A stretch of DNA of 64,000 nucleotides. Origin: Euprymna scolopes. Lineage: Eukaryota. Positions 27,311 to 42,366 of this stretch are shown piece after piece (within the stretch, counting starts at the first letter, position 1; every line of letters begins with the position of its first letter). Location of the stretch: NCBI GenBank assembly GCA_053919585.1, contig CM132810.1; one strand, 5' to 3'. The position numbers were made by a program, and so were the translations under genes. Below the pieces are notes generated by a model. The model ran no database searches and was not told the origin of the DNA. It saw only the letters and a list, made by a program, of their open reading frames with translations.

Positions 27311-27395
27311 GTGGCGGTAGCTAAGTGGTTGATGACACGGACTGACAGCAAGGGTGTACCATGTTCGAATCCAGTTCATTCCGCAGAAACACTTA
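27311..27395 (+). mobile_element. tRNA-derived SINE head
   Basis: A box tagctaagtgg, B box gttcgaatcc; truncated relative at ~42258-42300. Confidence 0.7.
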
Positions 27396-27579
27396 CACTT
27401 AGAGATGTTGGCAGCCTACTGATGTCTTTCTAGAAAAAATTATAACTAGAAAGATATCGGGGAAACGAATACTAACAATAATCATTCGATTCATGCGAAA
27501 TGAATGATACTCAGCAACAACCCCATCAACATCATCATTTGGTTATCATCTATTTTATTTGTGGACATGCATTGAATAA

Positions 27580-29070
27580 GCTCTCTAGCCCAATGCTCTG
27601 CAGAGGATTATTCAGCATATGTCTTCTTTAACCCAACACAAAATATTTTTATTAATCATCATTCGAGAAAACATCACTTCACACAATTTTCACAAAATAA
27701 TGGCCATCGAACACACTATTTGCAATAGCCCCTACACTCAACGATTCTTTAACTCAATATTTACAGTACGTTCACCTAATATACTTATAATGGTTGAACA
27801 CCCAATTTTCACCTACTATTTGAAAGACAATACCTTTTTAACCCAGTATTCTTGAAAGAATGTCTTTATTCCAATAGTTCTTTCACGTAACATGTGGCGT
27901 TCTTACTAAATATTATCGAGACAATGGTCTTTTCACCCAAAATTTTACAGCTCCATCACCAAATGATTCTTTCTCTTAAAATGCTCAAATAAAAAGCTAT
28001 TCCAGCTAATGTTCCCAATAAAATTCTCTCCAAACAATCACCCTTTAATCACACGCCTCATTTACTGATCTTCTTAAAACAAAGGTTCGTTCACTGAATA
28101 GTCTTTTAACCCGGCATCATCCAGACAATAGCTGTTTGCACTAATGGTTAAATTAAATCAATGATCTAAAGACAAAAACCTGTTTATACAATGCCTGTTT
28201 CGCTCAATATATATTTCCATCTGCCAATAGTGTTAAGACAATGGCTGTTTAACTTACTTTCTCAAATCAATGGCCTTTTCATCTCATATAATCGAGTCCA
28301 TAGCTCCTTCACAGGATTTAACTCAACATGCTCAAAACACCCAATCTCTTTATGATAAAATATTTTAAATATGACGGCTCTTTTACTCATAATTCTCACC
28401 CAATATTCTCAAGATAAAAGCTCTTTTAAACAATGAAGTTTTCTTTATATATTCTCAAGATAGTGACTGGGTATTTAGTTCTCTTCCACCGCAAAAACTG
28501 TGACACTAGGGTCGGAAAGTGAGATTGAAGAAGTCAATGCTGCTGAGGAGGAGTCAATGCTCCTGAGGAGGGGCCCTCTGATTCTGCAAAAGATGCCTGT
28601 GCAGCCCCCTTGGCATTCCTCAGGCGATTAGCAATAAACTAACTCCTTTTCAAAGAGAGGAGCAAATCCTGGGAGATTGGGCCTCCTAAAACGGCACAGA
28701 ACCAGCATTACACCACAATCAACAAAGACCAGGTCATTACAGGAATTGTCTAATCTCTGCTGATTTTGGGGGGTCGAGGATAAAAATAAGACAGTAATTG
28801 TTTTATTAATTGGAACTTTCATCCTAAACTCTTTAACCAAATATTCACAAGACAAAGCTTCTTTCACACATTGTCTTAGATAGAATGTCAAGAAATCATG
28901 ATTTCAATCACATTTGCACAACAACATGCTTTTTTTATATAAATATTCTCCAGATGTGAGCTCTTTCACTCAAAATTCTTAAGACAATAATTGTTTTACC
29001 TAATGGCTTATAACCCAACGTTAACAAAACGATAATTTCTCTTTCTCACAATATTCTAAAAACCATAACT
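27580..29070. repeat. Highly degenerate ~30-bp minisatellite (consensus ~tcttttacccaatattctcaagacaatagc), interrupted at ~28470-28790
   Basis: Recurrent agacaat.gc / cttt.acccaa.att motifs. Confidence 0.55.
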
Positions 29071-32000
29071 CATCTGTTTTAATGTTATAATTATTATTTC
29101 GTTCTTCCAAAAGGTATTTATTTAATGTGAGAAAGATGTGTATTTTATTAAATGAAATATTCTTTTAAAATGTTATATTTAACTGTACATTATCATAGGT
29201 GCATAAATGAATTATTAACACATTTTGATGCACGATTCAAAGATCAAATATCTGATAAATATTCACGTGATTCCATGACTAAAGTCAAGGAGAAACTTCC
29301 GCAGTCATGTCGAACCCTTAACAACATCTCAGAAAGAAACCAGACAACAGTTGCGCATCAGACGACTAGAAAATGACCCTTCTAGTCTAAAGATATGAGA
29401 CTCTCCCTATCTGAAGCCTTCTCTTCCAGTTCAAAAGCAACCTTGTTCCAGTAGAAGACATTCAACTGCCTGAGAAAAGCGATCAAAATTTACTATGATC
29501 AGATAGGAACTACAAAACTGATCTAACCATCGTTGAATGTGGAGATGAAACGCTGTCTTGTCGTCCCTCTAATGCCACACTGGTGCCGCTTGAAAGGTCT
29601 TACAGAATGCAACAACAATGCAAAGAACTATGCAAAAAAATGAGATTCCATATGAAATATATTTAAAATCAAAATATTAATTTAGCAGGATTTTGATATC
29701 TGTGTAAAAATTCTGATTGAAAATATATTTTTTGACTAAAATTTATGTCATGCAAATTTATTCTTTCTCAAAAAAAGATATGAGCTACAGATCTTTTTTT
29801 TTTTTAAATTTTGAGCCGAGGAGGATGGGTTATGAGTACGTTAGATACATAATCTTAACAAATATCAAATAAAACGAGACTAAAATAGAAGCATAATATT
29901 TCGACTCTTTGTCAATTTCTGTAACAATGTATTTGTTTTATTTGGTTTGTTGTTTTATTTTACGGCATATCAATCCTATTTGTGTTATTTAATGCCGAAT
30001 CCAGTTATTTTGGTAAAAGTTTTTATGCTTCAAGTTTTTATATCTTCAAATATTTATTTATGGGGCTTGGTTTGGTTGTTTTGGAGAGGAACATTGTTGT
30101 TTTTATTTTGGAGTCTGTGTTCTTCTTATGGGGTAAGCTAATATACCTTCTAATGGACTTACCCAGAGACTATAAATGTTGGTTACATCTGACACGTTAT
30201 TGGGTAGCATTCATGCCATTTATTTGGTGTCGTGTTGCATTTGCTATTGTTTGCCATTCGAGGTTCTGACCTTGACAATTAGTCAGGCAGAAACTGGGTC
30301 ATTTCGGTGGCGTTTTATCTTGTGAGCTGAGGCGTTCATTTTGAGGAGTTCTTGAAGATCCACCATCCAACGTCTTTCAGATGGAGTAGGTTCATTGCTT
30401 ACAGACTGAGGCTCCCCTATTGAAGAATGCTAACGAGATTGTTCTGGCAATTTTTAATAAGCTAAAGTGCTGCTCATTTAGCTTTACTTTGGCTTTACTT
30501 TCGCTACATTTTTGCGGTGGGAAGTTATGTCTCTTGAAATCATGACGCGTACTTCCTTATGTACTTCGTTTTGCTAATACACTTTTTGTTAACTATTTTT
30601 GTTAACTATATCACCGTGTTTTTCTCGGGTCTTAGTTATTACCAACCTGTGAAGCTACAACAGTTATTCAAATAAAATAGATTCAAATCGTTTTTCAATA
30701 TTCTTTGCCAATTGTTACTTCCTTCAGTAAGACACACTTCCCAATCTACATTGATCAATACTAGTCTTATGTTCACAGTATCTTAGGTTGTTCACTAATG
30801 TACAGCCTGCCACCTCTTGCAACAACACTGTATTGTGTTTGGATATGCCGGACATTAAGGAGTGTGTTAGACAGAGGGAGACCTGTCTCGAATCTGTAAG
30901 AACCGATATGACTGCATGATATCAACAGTTTGAATCTGACTGCATTGTGAGCAAGCAGGAAACCTTATGTGATATTGTCCGTTTTGAAGATTGAGACATT
31001 TGCAGAACTCTAAATGCCAAGACAGGATTAAAAAAAAGTGGAATCGAAAGTAGCTCCAATATTCACATAGTGGCTCAAATTCTGCCTATATATGAGTAGA
31101 AAAACTTTTGTGAACAAGAATTTCAAACCTCTCAGACACTAACCCTGCTGTATCACCACTGAGCCATGCAATCAAGTTAAATATAATCCTTTGTCTTTGT
31201 CTCCTGGGTTCCTTTCAATGAATAGCATCAAGAGACTAGTGCGGTTTATGTTATCACAACTAGCTGAATACTGTCTGTCAATTGTGGTGGGTGGGTAAGA
31301 AATCTTCCAAATAAATGGTTGATCCCTTTTGTATGCGATTCTCTGCTGTTTTTTTTTTGGGGGGGGGGGAGGGTCATAAACCTTTTTAGACTCTCTGTAT
31401 GTGTTGCCAATGACAGACATATGCAGCCATGTTTGTTGTGGTTGTGACCAGAAAAAAAAGATGGCTGTCAAGTCTTTCTTATTGAAGCTTTTCAAAAAAT
31501 AATTCATTTCTCTCCAGGCATTAATTAGATAATTAACTAACAATAGGATTTCAGATTCTTTGTCGCGGGAATTTTTTAAATTAATTTTCTTTTCTTTTTC
31601 ATTATGTCAAAGAGAATCTTGAAACAACTGAACATATTTTATATCAGACGAGTAAAATAATTACAATTCAAAGTTGAATGACGTACTTGAAATTGCAGGA
31701 TTTGTGCAGCATAACGAGTTCATGTGTGTGTGTAAATATATATGACGATAAAATCAGCATAGAGTCATATTTCCATGATAACTGATAGTGTCTTGGTGTG
31801 ATTAGCACAGGAAATGAAACTGACAGTTATTAGTTGAAAATAGCAACCATAATAAGACTAAAATTATAGCAACCACAATAAGACTAAAATTATACGTTTT
31901 TAAACAATACATTTTCTTAAAAAGTGAAGCATAAAGATTTTCTGGAGCTTACTTGCCATGAATATATTTTCTTACGGAATCACTTCCAAACAAATAATTC

Positions 32001-32584
32001 ATTATACATTTTTAACACAGCTGTTAAGTGTATTCGGTTGTATTTAGTTTATATGTATGTATGAGCTATATATAGCTTATAATTTAGTTTATCTGTATGT
32101 ATGGGCTATATTTAGTTTAATTTAGTTTATATGCATATATGAGCTATATTTAGTTTAATTTAGTTTCGTAAAAACGTGGTCGAAGATGGATGGAAGTCCT
32201 CTGTGAAAATTCAGATACGTCCGATTTTGGATACATTTTTACAAAATATAGTAATTAAGCAAGATTCTATGATTTTTCCTTTACTTCTAAGATTCCTTAA
32301 GTTAAAACTTTGACTATTAGGCACTTTCTAAAATCAAAATTATCTAATGGAATTTAATCAAAATTGGAATAAAGATTTTAGATACAAGGTTTAGTAGCAT
32401 TATATCTTGATCTTAATCTTTGTGAAGTAATATCAATTGTTGCAAAAAAAATGAAGAATTTGAACATTTTTGAATTTTGTATTCAAAACTTTTCCAACAT
32501 TATTTTTATGTTTGTTTTTTTACCTAAGTTAATTTTTAAATCCGGAGAACCGGAAGAGGATTCACTTTCAAACTGATTATGTAG

Positions 32585-33210
32585 AATAATTTTGAAATTA
32601 AACGATTACATGAAATAATTTAGATGAGTAAATGATTGGTAATTTTGGAACTAAATAATTACATAACATCATTTTGATATGTAAATGATTAGTCATTTTG
32701 GAACTAAGTAATTACATAAAATAATTCTGATGAGTAAATGATTAGTCATTTTGGAACTAAGTAATTACATAAAATCATTTTTATGAGTAAATGATTAGTC
32801 ATTTTGGAACTAAGTAATTACATAAAATCATTTTGATGAATAAATGATTAGTCATTTTGGAACTAAGTAATTACATAAAATCATTTTTATGAATAAATGA
32901 TTAGTCATTTTGGAACTAAGTAATTACATAAAATCATTTTGATGAATAAATGATTAGTCATTTTGGAACTAAGTAATTACATAAAATCATTTTTATGAGT
33001 AAATGATTAGTCATTTTGGAACTAAGTAATTACAAAAATTCATTTTGATAAGTAAATGATTAATCATTTTGGACCTAAGTAATTACATAAAATAATTCTG
33101 ATGAGTAAATGATTAGTCATTTTGAAACTAAGTAATTACATAAAATCATTTTTATGAATAAATTATTAGTCATTTTGGAACTAAGCAATTACATAAAATC
33201 ATTTTGATGA
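32585..33210. repeat. 53-bp tandem repeat, ~11-12 copies
   Basis: Unit gagtaaatgattagtcattttggaactaagtaattacataaaatcattttgat. Confidence 0.97.
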
Positions 33211-34034
33211 TGCATGTATATCTACGTATTATAAGTAATCGATTGTTACATAATTGTACACAATAATCAGTTATGATCTTATCCCCGATTCCATAGGCCA
33301 CAACCTTATCTATTAGGCCAATTATGTTACCTGAAAATGTTTGAGGTGTCCACAATAAAACAGTCATATAATTTCCTGCAACCTAAATCCGATTGACGAA
33401 AAAGCAAATTAAACAAAGAAAAATCATTGATTAAAACCACTTTTCCTGAACTATCGATCTCCTGATGTTCAGTCCAATATTCTTATCACTTTTGCATCGT
33501 TCATGCACTGGACATTACATTATGTGCAAGTTTTCTTTTGGTTTGCTTATTTTTTTTTAAATCATAGAGGAGGAAAGATGTCTGAAGTAGGTAGGTGTGC
33601 CTGGGGAGAAAGGGATGGAGAGAAGATGAGGCTAAGAGTAAATTCTATTTGGTCCAACAGATGCAGAGGAGGGAATGACCATCAGTGCGTAGAGGCCAAC
33701 AGATCTGGTTTGTCATCAGTAGAATTGACAGTTGCTTACAGACAAGGTTCACCTCTATCGTATAAGAAAAGGCTGACGTAGAGTATGGTGGAGAGGGAAA
33801 GAGATAGAGACAGAGAGAGGCGTGGGTGGGCAATGGTCATGCTGGGCTTTCATCAACATTTGGGACATGGCCAAGAATTGAAACAATTGAAAAAGATTAG
33901 AAAAATGTCAAAAATAACTGCCACAGCTCCATGAAATATGAGCTCTCTATCAATCTTTCCTTATTTCAGTGTTTATTATTTTCCTCCACCTCATTGTCTC
34001 TATCTCTTCCTTTCTTTATGTTTCTTTTCTTCAC

Positions 34035-34088
<54 letters not shown>

Positions 34089-34359
34089 TTCTCTCTTTCT
34101 CAGTTTCAGATTCTATATTTTCAATTTTTCTTCATCCTTCAATCTCTCTTCCCGAAGTTCTCTATCTTTTTATCCATATTCTTTATTTTCTCATCTGAAT
34201 CTATAAATTCTTCTCCCACATCTCTCTCTTTCTGGGTTCTTTTTTCCTCGCCTTCTCTTGAGTTCATCCCTCTTTCATGTACCTTTTCTTCCGTCTTTTC
34301 TTTTTCATACTCCATTTTTCTTTTTTCTCACTTCTGTCTTTCTCAGATTACTTTTATTC

Positions 34360-34390
<31 letters not shown>

Positions 34391-35502
34391 TCTCTCTATC
34401 TTTCTCTCTCTAAGTTTTATTGTTTTATTGTGTATGCCCTCTCATGTTTCTAGATTCTATTATTCTGTCTATTTCTGCAAAATTCTCTTTCATCCTTACT
34501 ATTTTCTACTTCTTTCTCTTTCCTTTCCGTTGCTTATAATTCTCATTCTTACTCTCTTAATCGGTCAGTGCCTATTGCTTTCTCTGGCTTCCTCTTCCCA
34601 TTTTTCTTTTTTCTTTCAAATTATTAGTATCGCCTCCTCTCTCTCTCTCCCTCCCCCTCTCTCTCTCTGTCTCTCAACAAAGCCGTCTATATTTTCCTTA
34701 CTCCCTCCTCCGTCTCAACTATGACTTCGATCTATCTTCCATTCCGGCTTGCACATTACCCTTCTCTGTCACTTTCTCTATCATCACACACAATCAAACC
34801 CTGTGTGAGGGTCGGGGGTATTGTTTTCAAAATGGAAGACTAAAGAAGACAAGACAAGCGAATGAATAGAAACATTGAAAAAAAAAAAAAACCCAAAAAA
34901 CAAAACTAAACATGACACGACCAATAACAGGAAAAAACAATAAAAAATGCTTCCCATCTCGTGATATTGCAACGACAGATCTATTATTGACTCTGGCTGT
35001 TGACGTATATCTGGATAGAAGCCCAAGACAGATTCATTAACCCCAAAAATAATGGAACACTTGGACAGATATTTATTTCTTGTGACCATCTTTCAAACAT
35101 TCTCACCTTCCCCACGCATTCCCTCTCAATACGGACTTTTTTGTCTCTTTTTGCCCAAGTTGGATAACTGCATACAAGATTATTTTCATTGATATATATT
35201 GTTTTTTATAGTTTTTAATGAAGATCTGTTGATTTTTCTACCAAATATTCAAATTGTTTAGGATTTTTCATTATCGTGATAACTATAGTTAGTGATTTCG
35301 AACATCAACTTAGAATGCCACCCTTGCATCGCATCGCAAAGCCGGCTGAGTAAATATATTTTATTTGCCTTATTGTAAGCACGATTATTCCAGGCAGGCT
35401 TGAGCAATCTTTTTCGAGAAATGGCCCACATGAGACATGGCTCATCATTAGGCATTCTGTATAAGTAAAAAACAAAAATTCAAAGTAATATTCCGTTTAG
35501 GG

Positions 35503-36217
35503 CAGGTATGTCAAAGTTGGAGACATTTGAGGGTCAAGTGGGTTTGTTTGGTTTGTCATGAGGGCACGCATGACTAATTGAAGACATTTAATAAAATTAT
35601 TCTTTTTGTTACATAGAAATATATACGATATCTATCCAAGTGCTATTGTTTTCAACCATTTCTCTTGTTAGATTTACACACAAAAAAAAATGTTGAAGTA
35701 AAATTTATGAAGTGTTATGACAGTTTAATTGATGGAGGTTAAAAATGTGAAATGGCGACCACACCTTCCTCACAGATTCCTCTCCTGCTAGCATTTTACC
35801 CTTCTCTGTCGCTTTCTCTCTCATCATACACAATCAAACACTGTGATGACTCGTAGAGATGACAAAACACTTTTCTCTGTCCTAATGTTCGATGCTTTAG
35901 TGGAAGTGAAAAAATTTAACCTTGCTAGTTGAAAAAAAGGCATTATTTTTGACTAAGTAATTAAAGATAATGGTGCAGCAGAAGATGATATACGAACGAA
36001 CACAAATGTGAGAGCACAATAATAATGTGATTCTTTTCTGGTTTTGAAATTGATGAAATGTAATATATCGTTTAAAGTGTATGAAAACGTTCTGAATCGT
36101 TAAAAAATTAGTGTTTTTAAGTTTAAATTATAAAACTATAATATTGGGTCATTAATTGATGAAATGACATTATGTTTTATGGCGTGCTTGTAAAGTGCCG
36201 CATGCTTGACATACATG
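35503..36217. mobile_element. hAT (Charlie-like) MITE
   Basis: TIR caggtatgtcaa / ttgacatacatg; flanks gtttaggg / cttttagg resemble a degenerate 8-bp TSD. Confidence 0.6.
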
Positions 36218-36563
36218 CTTTTAGGTACCTCAACTATTTCCAGGCAAGTTTGAGTACTTCGCTAACAATCCTTTTCACTTAATATTTTTTCTTTACCTTT
36301 AATCTGGAACTTCAACTTCTAGATTATAGTTGATTGAACCCTTCTGATGACCATTAAAATATTAATAATTTTAACTGTTTTTCTGCCTCTAATATGCATG
36401 ACACAGATGCTCTCTCTCTCCTTTTCTTTTTCCTTCTTCCTCTTTCTTTTTCTCTATTTAAAATCTGGTTAAGTTTAGCCACACTGATGAGACGTAGAAA
36501 CGACAAAACAAGTATATGTTGATAACTATAACTATAACTCTTTCTTTCTCTCTCTCTCTCTCT

Positions 36564-36601
<38 letters not shown>

Positions 36602-36758
36602 TTTAAATGTATATACCAAGAATTTTTTCCAAATGGCCACAATTTATTAAGCTCAATAAAAATGAATTTACACTTTCAGAGCATATATATCGGAAGGAAA
36701 GATATATAAACATACCAAACCAAAGATGCATTTACTTCACACTCATTTTATTTTATTA

Positions 36759-39700
36759 CTAGTTGGACGACCCGACGTTTCTCGGAACCATATAAACAAT
36801 GAGAAAATTGAAATTGATTTTGAATATGATTGTTATTCTTTGGAGAGAGGAATTTTTAATGTGTATGTATCATTTGCTATTTCGAGCAAAAGAATATTTT
36901 ACCTACCCTAATAATAATAATTGTGCCTTCCCTAAGACAGGTAATTTGCAGAATGTATATGACATAATTTTACCTTTTTTACAACACATATTTCAAATAT
37001 GTTTACCTACCTTCGGACGGGTTATTTATATACATATATGAAACAATTTAACATCTCTCAACAGGTATTGTACAACATATATGAAATAATTTCTCTTCCC
37101 ACCAAGGATACCATGATTTTAAGAAAATTGAAATCATTTTTAGAAAATGGATCATTAGGATTTCCAAATTAATACATAGATACATTGTGTTGGTTAATGA
37201 GTTCGCAACCCTTGCTTCACCATAAATTTCAATATTACTGCATTTCTTTCCTCCCTCGCCATCGACACTATTATTGTAAGATAAATTGTCAGTTTTGGAA
37301 GTTGTCTTAGCAAGATTTTAAAATTAATGAATAAATATATTGACACAGTTAAGTGATTAGACAACCTTTGCTTCATTATCAAATTCTACATTACTCTGTT
37401 TAATTTTTTCACCACTACCGACAATCAAAATCTTTTGGAAAAAAGACGTCATTTTCAGAAGATTACTCAACCGGCTTTACAAACAAATAACAAATGTGTT
37501 GAGAAGCTTTCTGATTAGGCAACCCTTGCTTCACTACAAAGTTCCACATTAATGTGTTCTTTCCGTCCCTACTACTGACAGCATCATTTTAAGTGAAATG
37601 ATATGATTTCTTGACCATAACTCAGCAGGTTTTCCAAATAATTACATAAATGCATCGATGCGAATTATCATTAGGCAACTTTTACTTTACCACAATCTTA
37701 AATATTAATATAGTTCTTCCCCCTTACTACCACAACCACCAACAACACATTAGTAACAGAAAAGATGTAATTTCCGGAATATGATTCCATAGTTATTCCA
37801 TATATTTGGAATATGCCATTGTGGGAGATTGCACCACCCCAAAATGGACATTACTCTCTCCAGCTCCACCCCAAAACTGAAGGTTTGTTAATTCATAGAT
37901 AACTCTAAAGTACGTTAAAAAGCGACATAATCATGTGTCTTTCTACTCACCACTACAACTGTGACGTCCTTCCCAGAAGTTAACATTAAAAATTCAGAAG
38001 AATATTGTTGATCACCTACAGAAACTGATAAATTACCTGGGCTTATTATTTCATTACAAACAGACTAATCAATTAACTCACATTGCATTATTTTTTTTAT
38101 AAATTATTGGATATGTTACTAATTTCGACAATCATTTTTCAATAGATGTATTGTCTGGGTTGATTATTTCATTACAAACACACCAATCAATTAACTCACA
38201 TTTCATCATTTTTCATAATTCTTGAATATGTTACTAAGTTCGAAAATCATTTTTCATAATTTTAATCGACATTATCGCACCTCCTTACGAAAATAATAAC
38301 TTTAATATATAGTCTGGGCCGATTAATTCATTACAAACGCACCAATCAATCAACTTACACTTCATCATTTTTCATAATTCTTAGATATGTTACTAATTTC
38401 GACAATCATTTTTTATAATTTTAACCCATATTATGACCCCCCATTACGAAAATAATAACTTTGATATATTATCTATGTTGTTTATTTTATTACAAACGCA
38501 CCAATCGATTTATTCTTCATACTTCTTAGATATGTTACTAAGTTCGACAATCATTTTTGATATTTGTAATCCACGTTATCGCCTACCCTTTACTAAAATA
38601 ATAACTTCAATATGTTGTCTGGGCTGATTATTTCATTACAAACAATTAACTCACATTTCATCGTTTTTCATAATTCTTGGATATGTTACTAATTTCGACA
38701 ATCATTTTTCGCAATTTTAACCCACATTCTAGCCATCCCTTACGAAAATCACAACTTTGATATATTGTCTAGGCCGATTATTTCATTACAAACACACCAA
38801 TCAATTAACTCACATTTCACCATTTTTCATAATTCTTGGATGGGTTACTAATTTCGGTGATTATTTTTTATAATTGTAACATACATTATTCCTTTACCCT
38901 TTACGAAAAAATAACTTTGATATATGGTCTGGACCGATTATTTTATTACAAACGCACCAATCAATAAATTAACATTTTATATATTTTTTTCCATAATTCT
39001 TGGATATGTTGCTAATTTCGACAATCATTTTTCATAATTTTAACCTACATTTTCACTCGCCTCCCTTACGAAAGTAATAACTTTGATATATTGTCTGAGT
39101 TAATTATTTCATTAAAAACACATCAATCGATTTATTCGCATTTCATCATTTTTCATGATTCTTGGATATGTTACTAATTTCGACAAACATTTTTCATAAT
39201 AGTAACCCAAATTATTGCACCCCCCCTTATGGAAATAATAACTTTAATATATTGTCTGGGTCGATTATTTCATTAAAAAAATACCAATCAATTAACTCAC
39301 ATTTCATCATATTTCATAATTCTTGGATATGTTACTAATTTTGACAATCATTTTTTATAATTGTAACTAACGTAATGCCCCCATCTTTGCGAAAATAATA
39401 ACTCTGATATTTTAACTGGGTTTATTATTTCATTACAAACACACCAACCGATTAATTACATTTCATCATTTTTCATAATTTTTGGATATGTTACTAATTT
39501 CGACAATCGTTTTTTTAATAATTTTAACCCACATTTAGCCCCCTCCTTACGAAAATAATAACTTTGATATATTGTCTGGGCGGATTATTTCATTAAAAAA
39601 AAAAACAATCAATTAACTCCCATTTTATCATTTTTTATAATTCTTGGATATGTTACTAATTTATACAATAATTTTTCATAATTTTAACTCACATTATCGC

Positions 39701-41025
39701 CCCCCCCCTTACGAAAATAATAACTATGTAATAATCTCTGTTAAAAATATACATGAAATAAAGTAATTTTTGAATCATAAACTGTTTCAACCATTTCCGG
39801 CACTGACTTCTTATCCCCCACCACACTGTTATAAATATACATTAAATAAATTAATGTCTAAAACGTAAAATGTTACAGCCATTTCCGGGACTGACTCTGC
39901 AAGCCCCACGTCACTGTTAAAAATATGAATGAAATATAGTAATGTTTAACTTGTAAACGGTTTCGGCAATTTCCTGGACTGATTTTTATACCCCCCCCCA
40001 CCTCACTGGAAATAATGTAATGTCTAAATCGTAGTTGTTTCAGCTTTTAATATTAGATAAAGTAATTTTGAGATCTAAACTGCTTCAGCCGTTTCCGGGC
40101 CTGACTCCGTATTCCTACTCTTTTTAAAATATATATGAAATAAAGTATTTTTGAGATCATAAACTGCTGCTTCAGCTATTATCGGGACTTACTCGATATT
40201 CCCCTTATTTTGTATTTTTTGAATATGCAAACTACACTGTAGAAGCACCTTATTTAAAATTCATGCTAAGCACCTTATTTAAAATTCATGCTACTCAAAA
40301 AATAAATATTTCAAAGTGCAGTTAGTGATTAGGCAACACTTGCTTTACAATAAACTAATCAAGAAATTGGATTGAGAAACAGATCCTAATGTTAACTAAT
40401 ACTAAACAAAAATAGAGATAATACATGTCGGTTTCTTATTTAATAAATTGTTAGGTGAAAGTACAGAATAGTTTAAATAATACCTTCCCCTCCCCATATT
40501 AAGAATGGATTTCTAAATAATAACGTTATTATTTTAGCACTGTCCGTATTCCGTGTGTCACCCCCTTCTCTGTCTTAAAATAATGTATGAAATTAAGTAA
40601 ATATGAGATCGTAAAAAAGATTTATAGGTTTGTTTTCATATTTACAAATTTCAAACCGCGAGTAAAATCTATGCATGATTTCGTTTTATTTTAAAATACA
40701 AAAACATAAAAAAATGAGCTAGTGTCATTAGTTAGAATTGAAATTAAAAAGAACCGAGGGTTCCAGCCTGAAAAAAAAAACAAAAAAACGCGCATGCGCA
40801 CCAAACAAAATGTCAGCTAATGCTTAATGAACATTTTACACGTAAATTTACCGATGTGTGTATGCGATATACATGCATGTAAGCAAAGGTATTATTCGCT
40901 ATGAATCACCCTTGGTGCATGAATATTATTTCCTGAGAATTTCAGTGCTATGTGACCAGTACTTTCAGAGAGTACCTGTTAGATAGTTACACACACACAT
41001 ACGTCGACTGTTTTATTTATATAGA
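36759..41025 (-). mobile_element. Large non-autonomous Helitron carrying an internal satellite array
   Basis: Minus strand starts A|TCtatataaataaaacagtcgacgtatgtgtgtg and ends ccgagaaacgtcggg-tcgtccaa-CTAG|T. Confidence 0.75.
38035..39726. repeat. ~160-bp tandem satellite, ~10-11 copies
   Basis: tctggg..gattatttcattacaaac recurs at ~145-165 bp intervals. Confidence 0.95.
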
Positions 41026-42366
41026 TTATTATTATACTTCAAATAAAATAAAATGAATGGGATGTAAAAATGCAGCTTTAGTTTGGTATGTTTACTTCCA
41101 ATATATAAATTTCAAATGTATTGATGCCATAAACTAAAAACAATATCGTTTCAGAAGTGCTCAATGAGTGGGTAGAACTTTTATTAATAAAATTATATAG
41201 ACATTAGGAAAACCCCAAGCTCTTCGACCAACATTAACATGTCTTATCAGGGATTATTGAACTCCTGAGGAAACNNNNNNNNNNNNNNNNNNNNNNNNNN
41301 NNNNNNNNNNNNNNNNNNNNNNNNNNNNNNNNNNNNNNNNNNNNNNNNNNNNNNNNNNNNNNNNNNNNNNNNNNNNNNNNNNNNNNNNNNNNNNNNNNNN
41401 NNNNNNNNNNNNTTATTAGCCGTTTATTTTTCTCTATCTCTTCATTTTTATGAAATCAAAATGAAACTGTTAATCTTAAATTCATGGTAGTTATTTTAAT
41501 TAATCATCAGAACAGCCAAATCAGCTAAAAATAAATTCTATTCACTATTTCAGAAAATCAGCTTAGAAAAAGAATCACTAATATTCAGTTTTATTATTTA
41601 AATCATTTCAAGTGTAAAAATGCTCTAAATTCTACCCCCCCCATCACGAATGCTACATATTTGAGTATTAGGTTGATAGTCAGAAGCGGAACACATTTCC
41701 CAATATAGCTACATTAAAATTAATGAAATATAATGTAAAATATTGACAAATCTGTCCAGAAAATATTTGTTTTTAATGTTTCATGTTTTAGTGAAAGTAA
41801 AAAGATTTAAACCCGAAAAAAAAAAATGAAAAAAGATTATTTTAGGATGAGTAATTATCATGCAATATAGGAAGCATGCGAAGGGTTTAAAAGATGATAA
41901 AGATAGTGGTACGGCAAAGGACGGAAACAGCGGCAACTAGATGTCAAAGCTCAACATCAGTGTACCTCTCAAACCAACTTATGACGTTACCTTTTTTCCT
42001 TTCCTCTTTAGTCGACCTTAACTTGAAGATGCCTGGTGATAAAGTCGTTAATAATTTACAAAGCAAATTTACTTTGTATGGGTATAAATCTCTATAATAT
42101 AGAATAGCCTGTCTATTTCTTATAGATTCTCATCAGTAGCTTATCAACATTTTATTTATTCCTTGGCAACACCGGATAGGGACAGCTAGTACAATAAAAA
42201 CTATGTTTCTTCTTTGTTGTTAACAAACTGAATATATAACAACACCGACAGAAAATCTGGCTGTGCCAAGTTCGAATCCAGTTTATTCCATAGAAACACT
42301 TTTATCAAACCAGCATTTGCCCTTGTGTCTAACAACCTGGGGAGGAGGTAAATAAAATAACAAGAA

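Noticed and set aside
31190-31240. 2A-like peptide (LLMLFIERNPGD, minus strand)
   Set aside because: Lacks the D and the final P of D(V/I)ExNPGP, and there is no adjoining LINE ORF
32585-33210. 53-bp array as CRISPR or coding repeat
   Set aside because: Pure tandem repeat without spacers; unit length not divisible by 3
33931-34724. 251-aa hydrophobic ORF and poly-I/L/Y ORFs
   Set aside because: Pyrimidine-rich low complexity and an (ATT)n microsatellite
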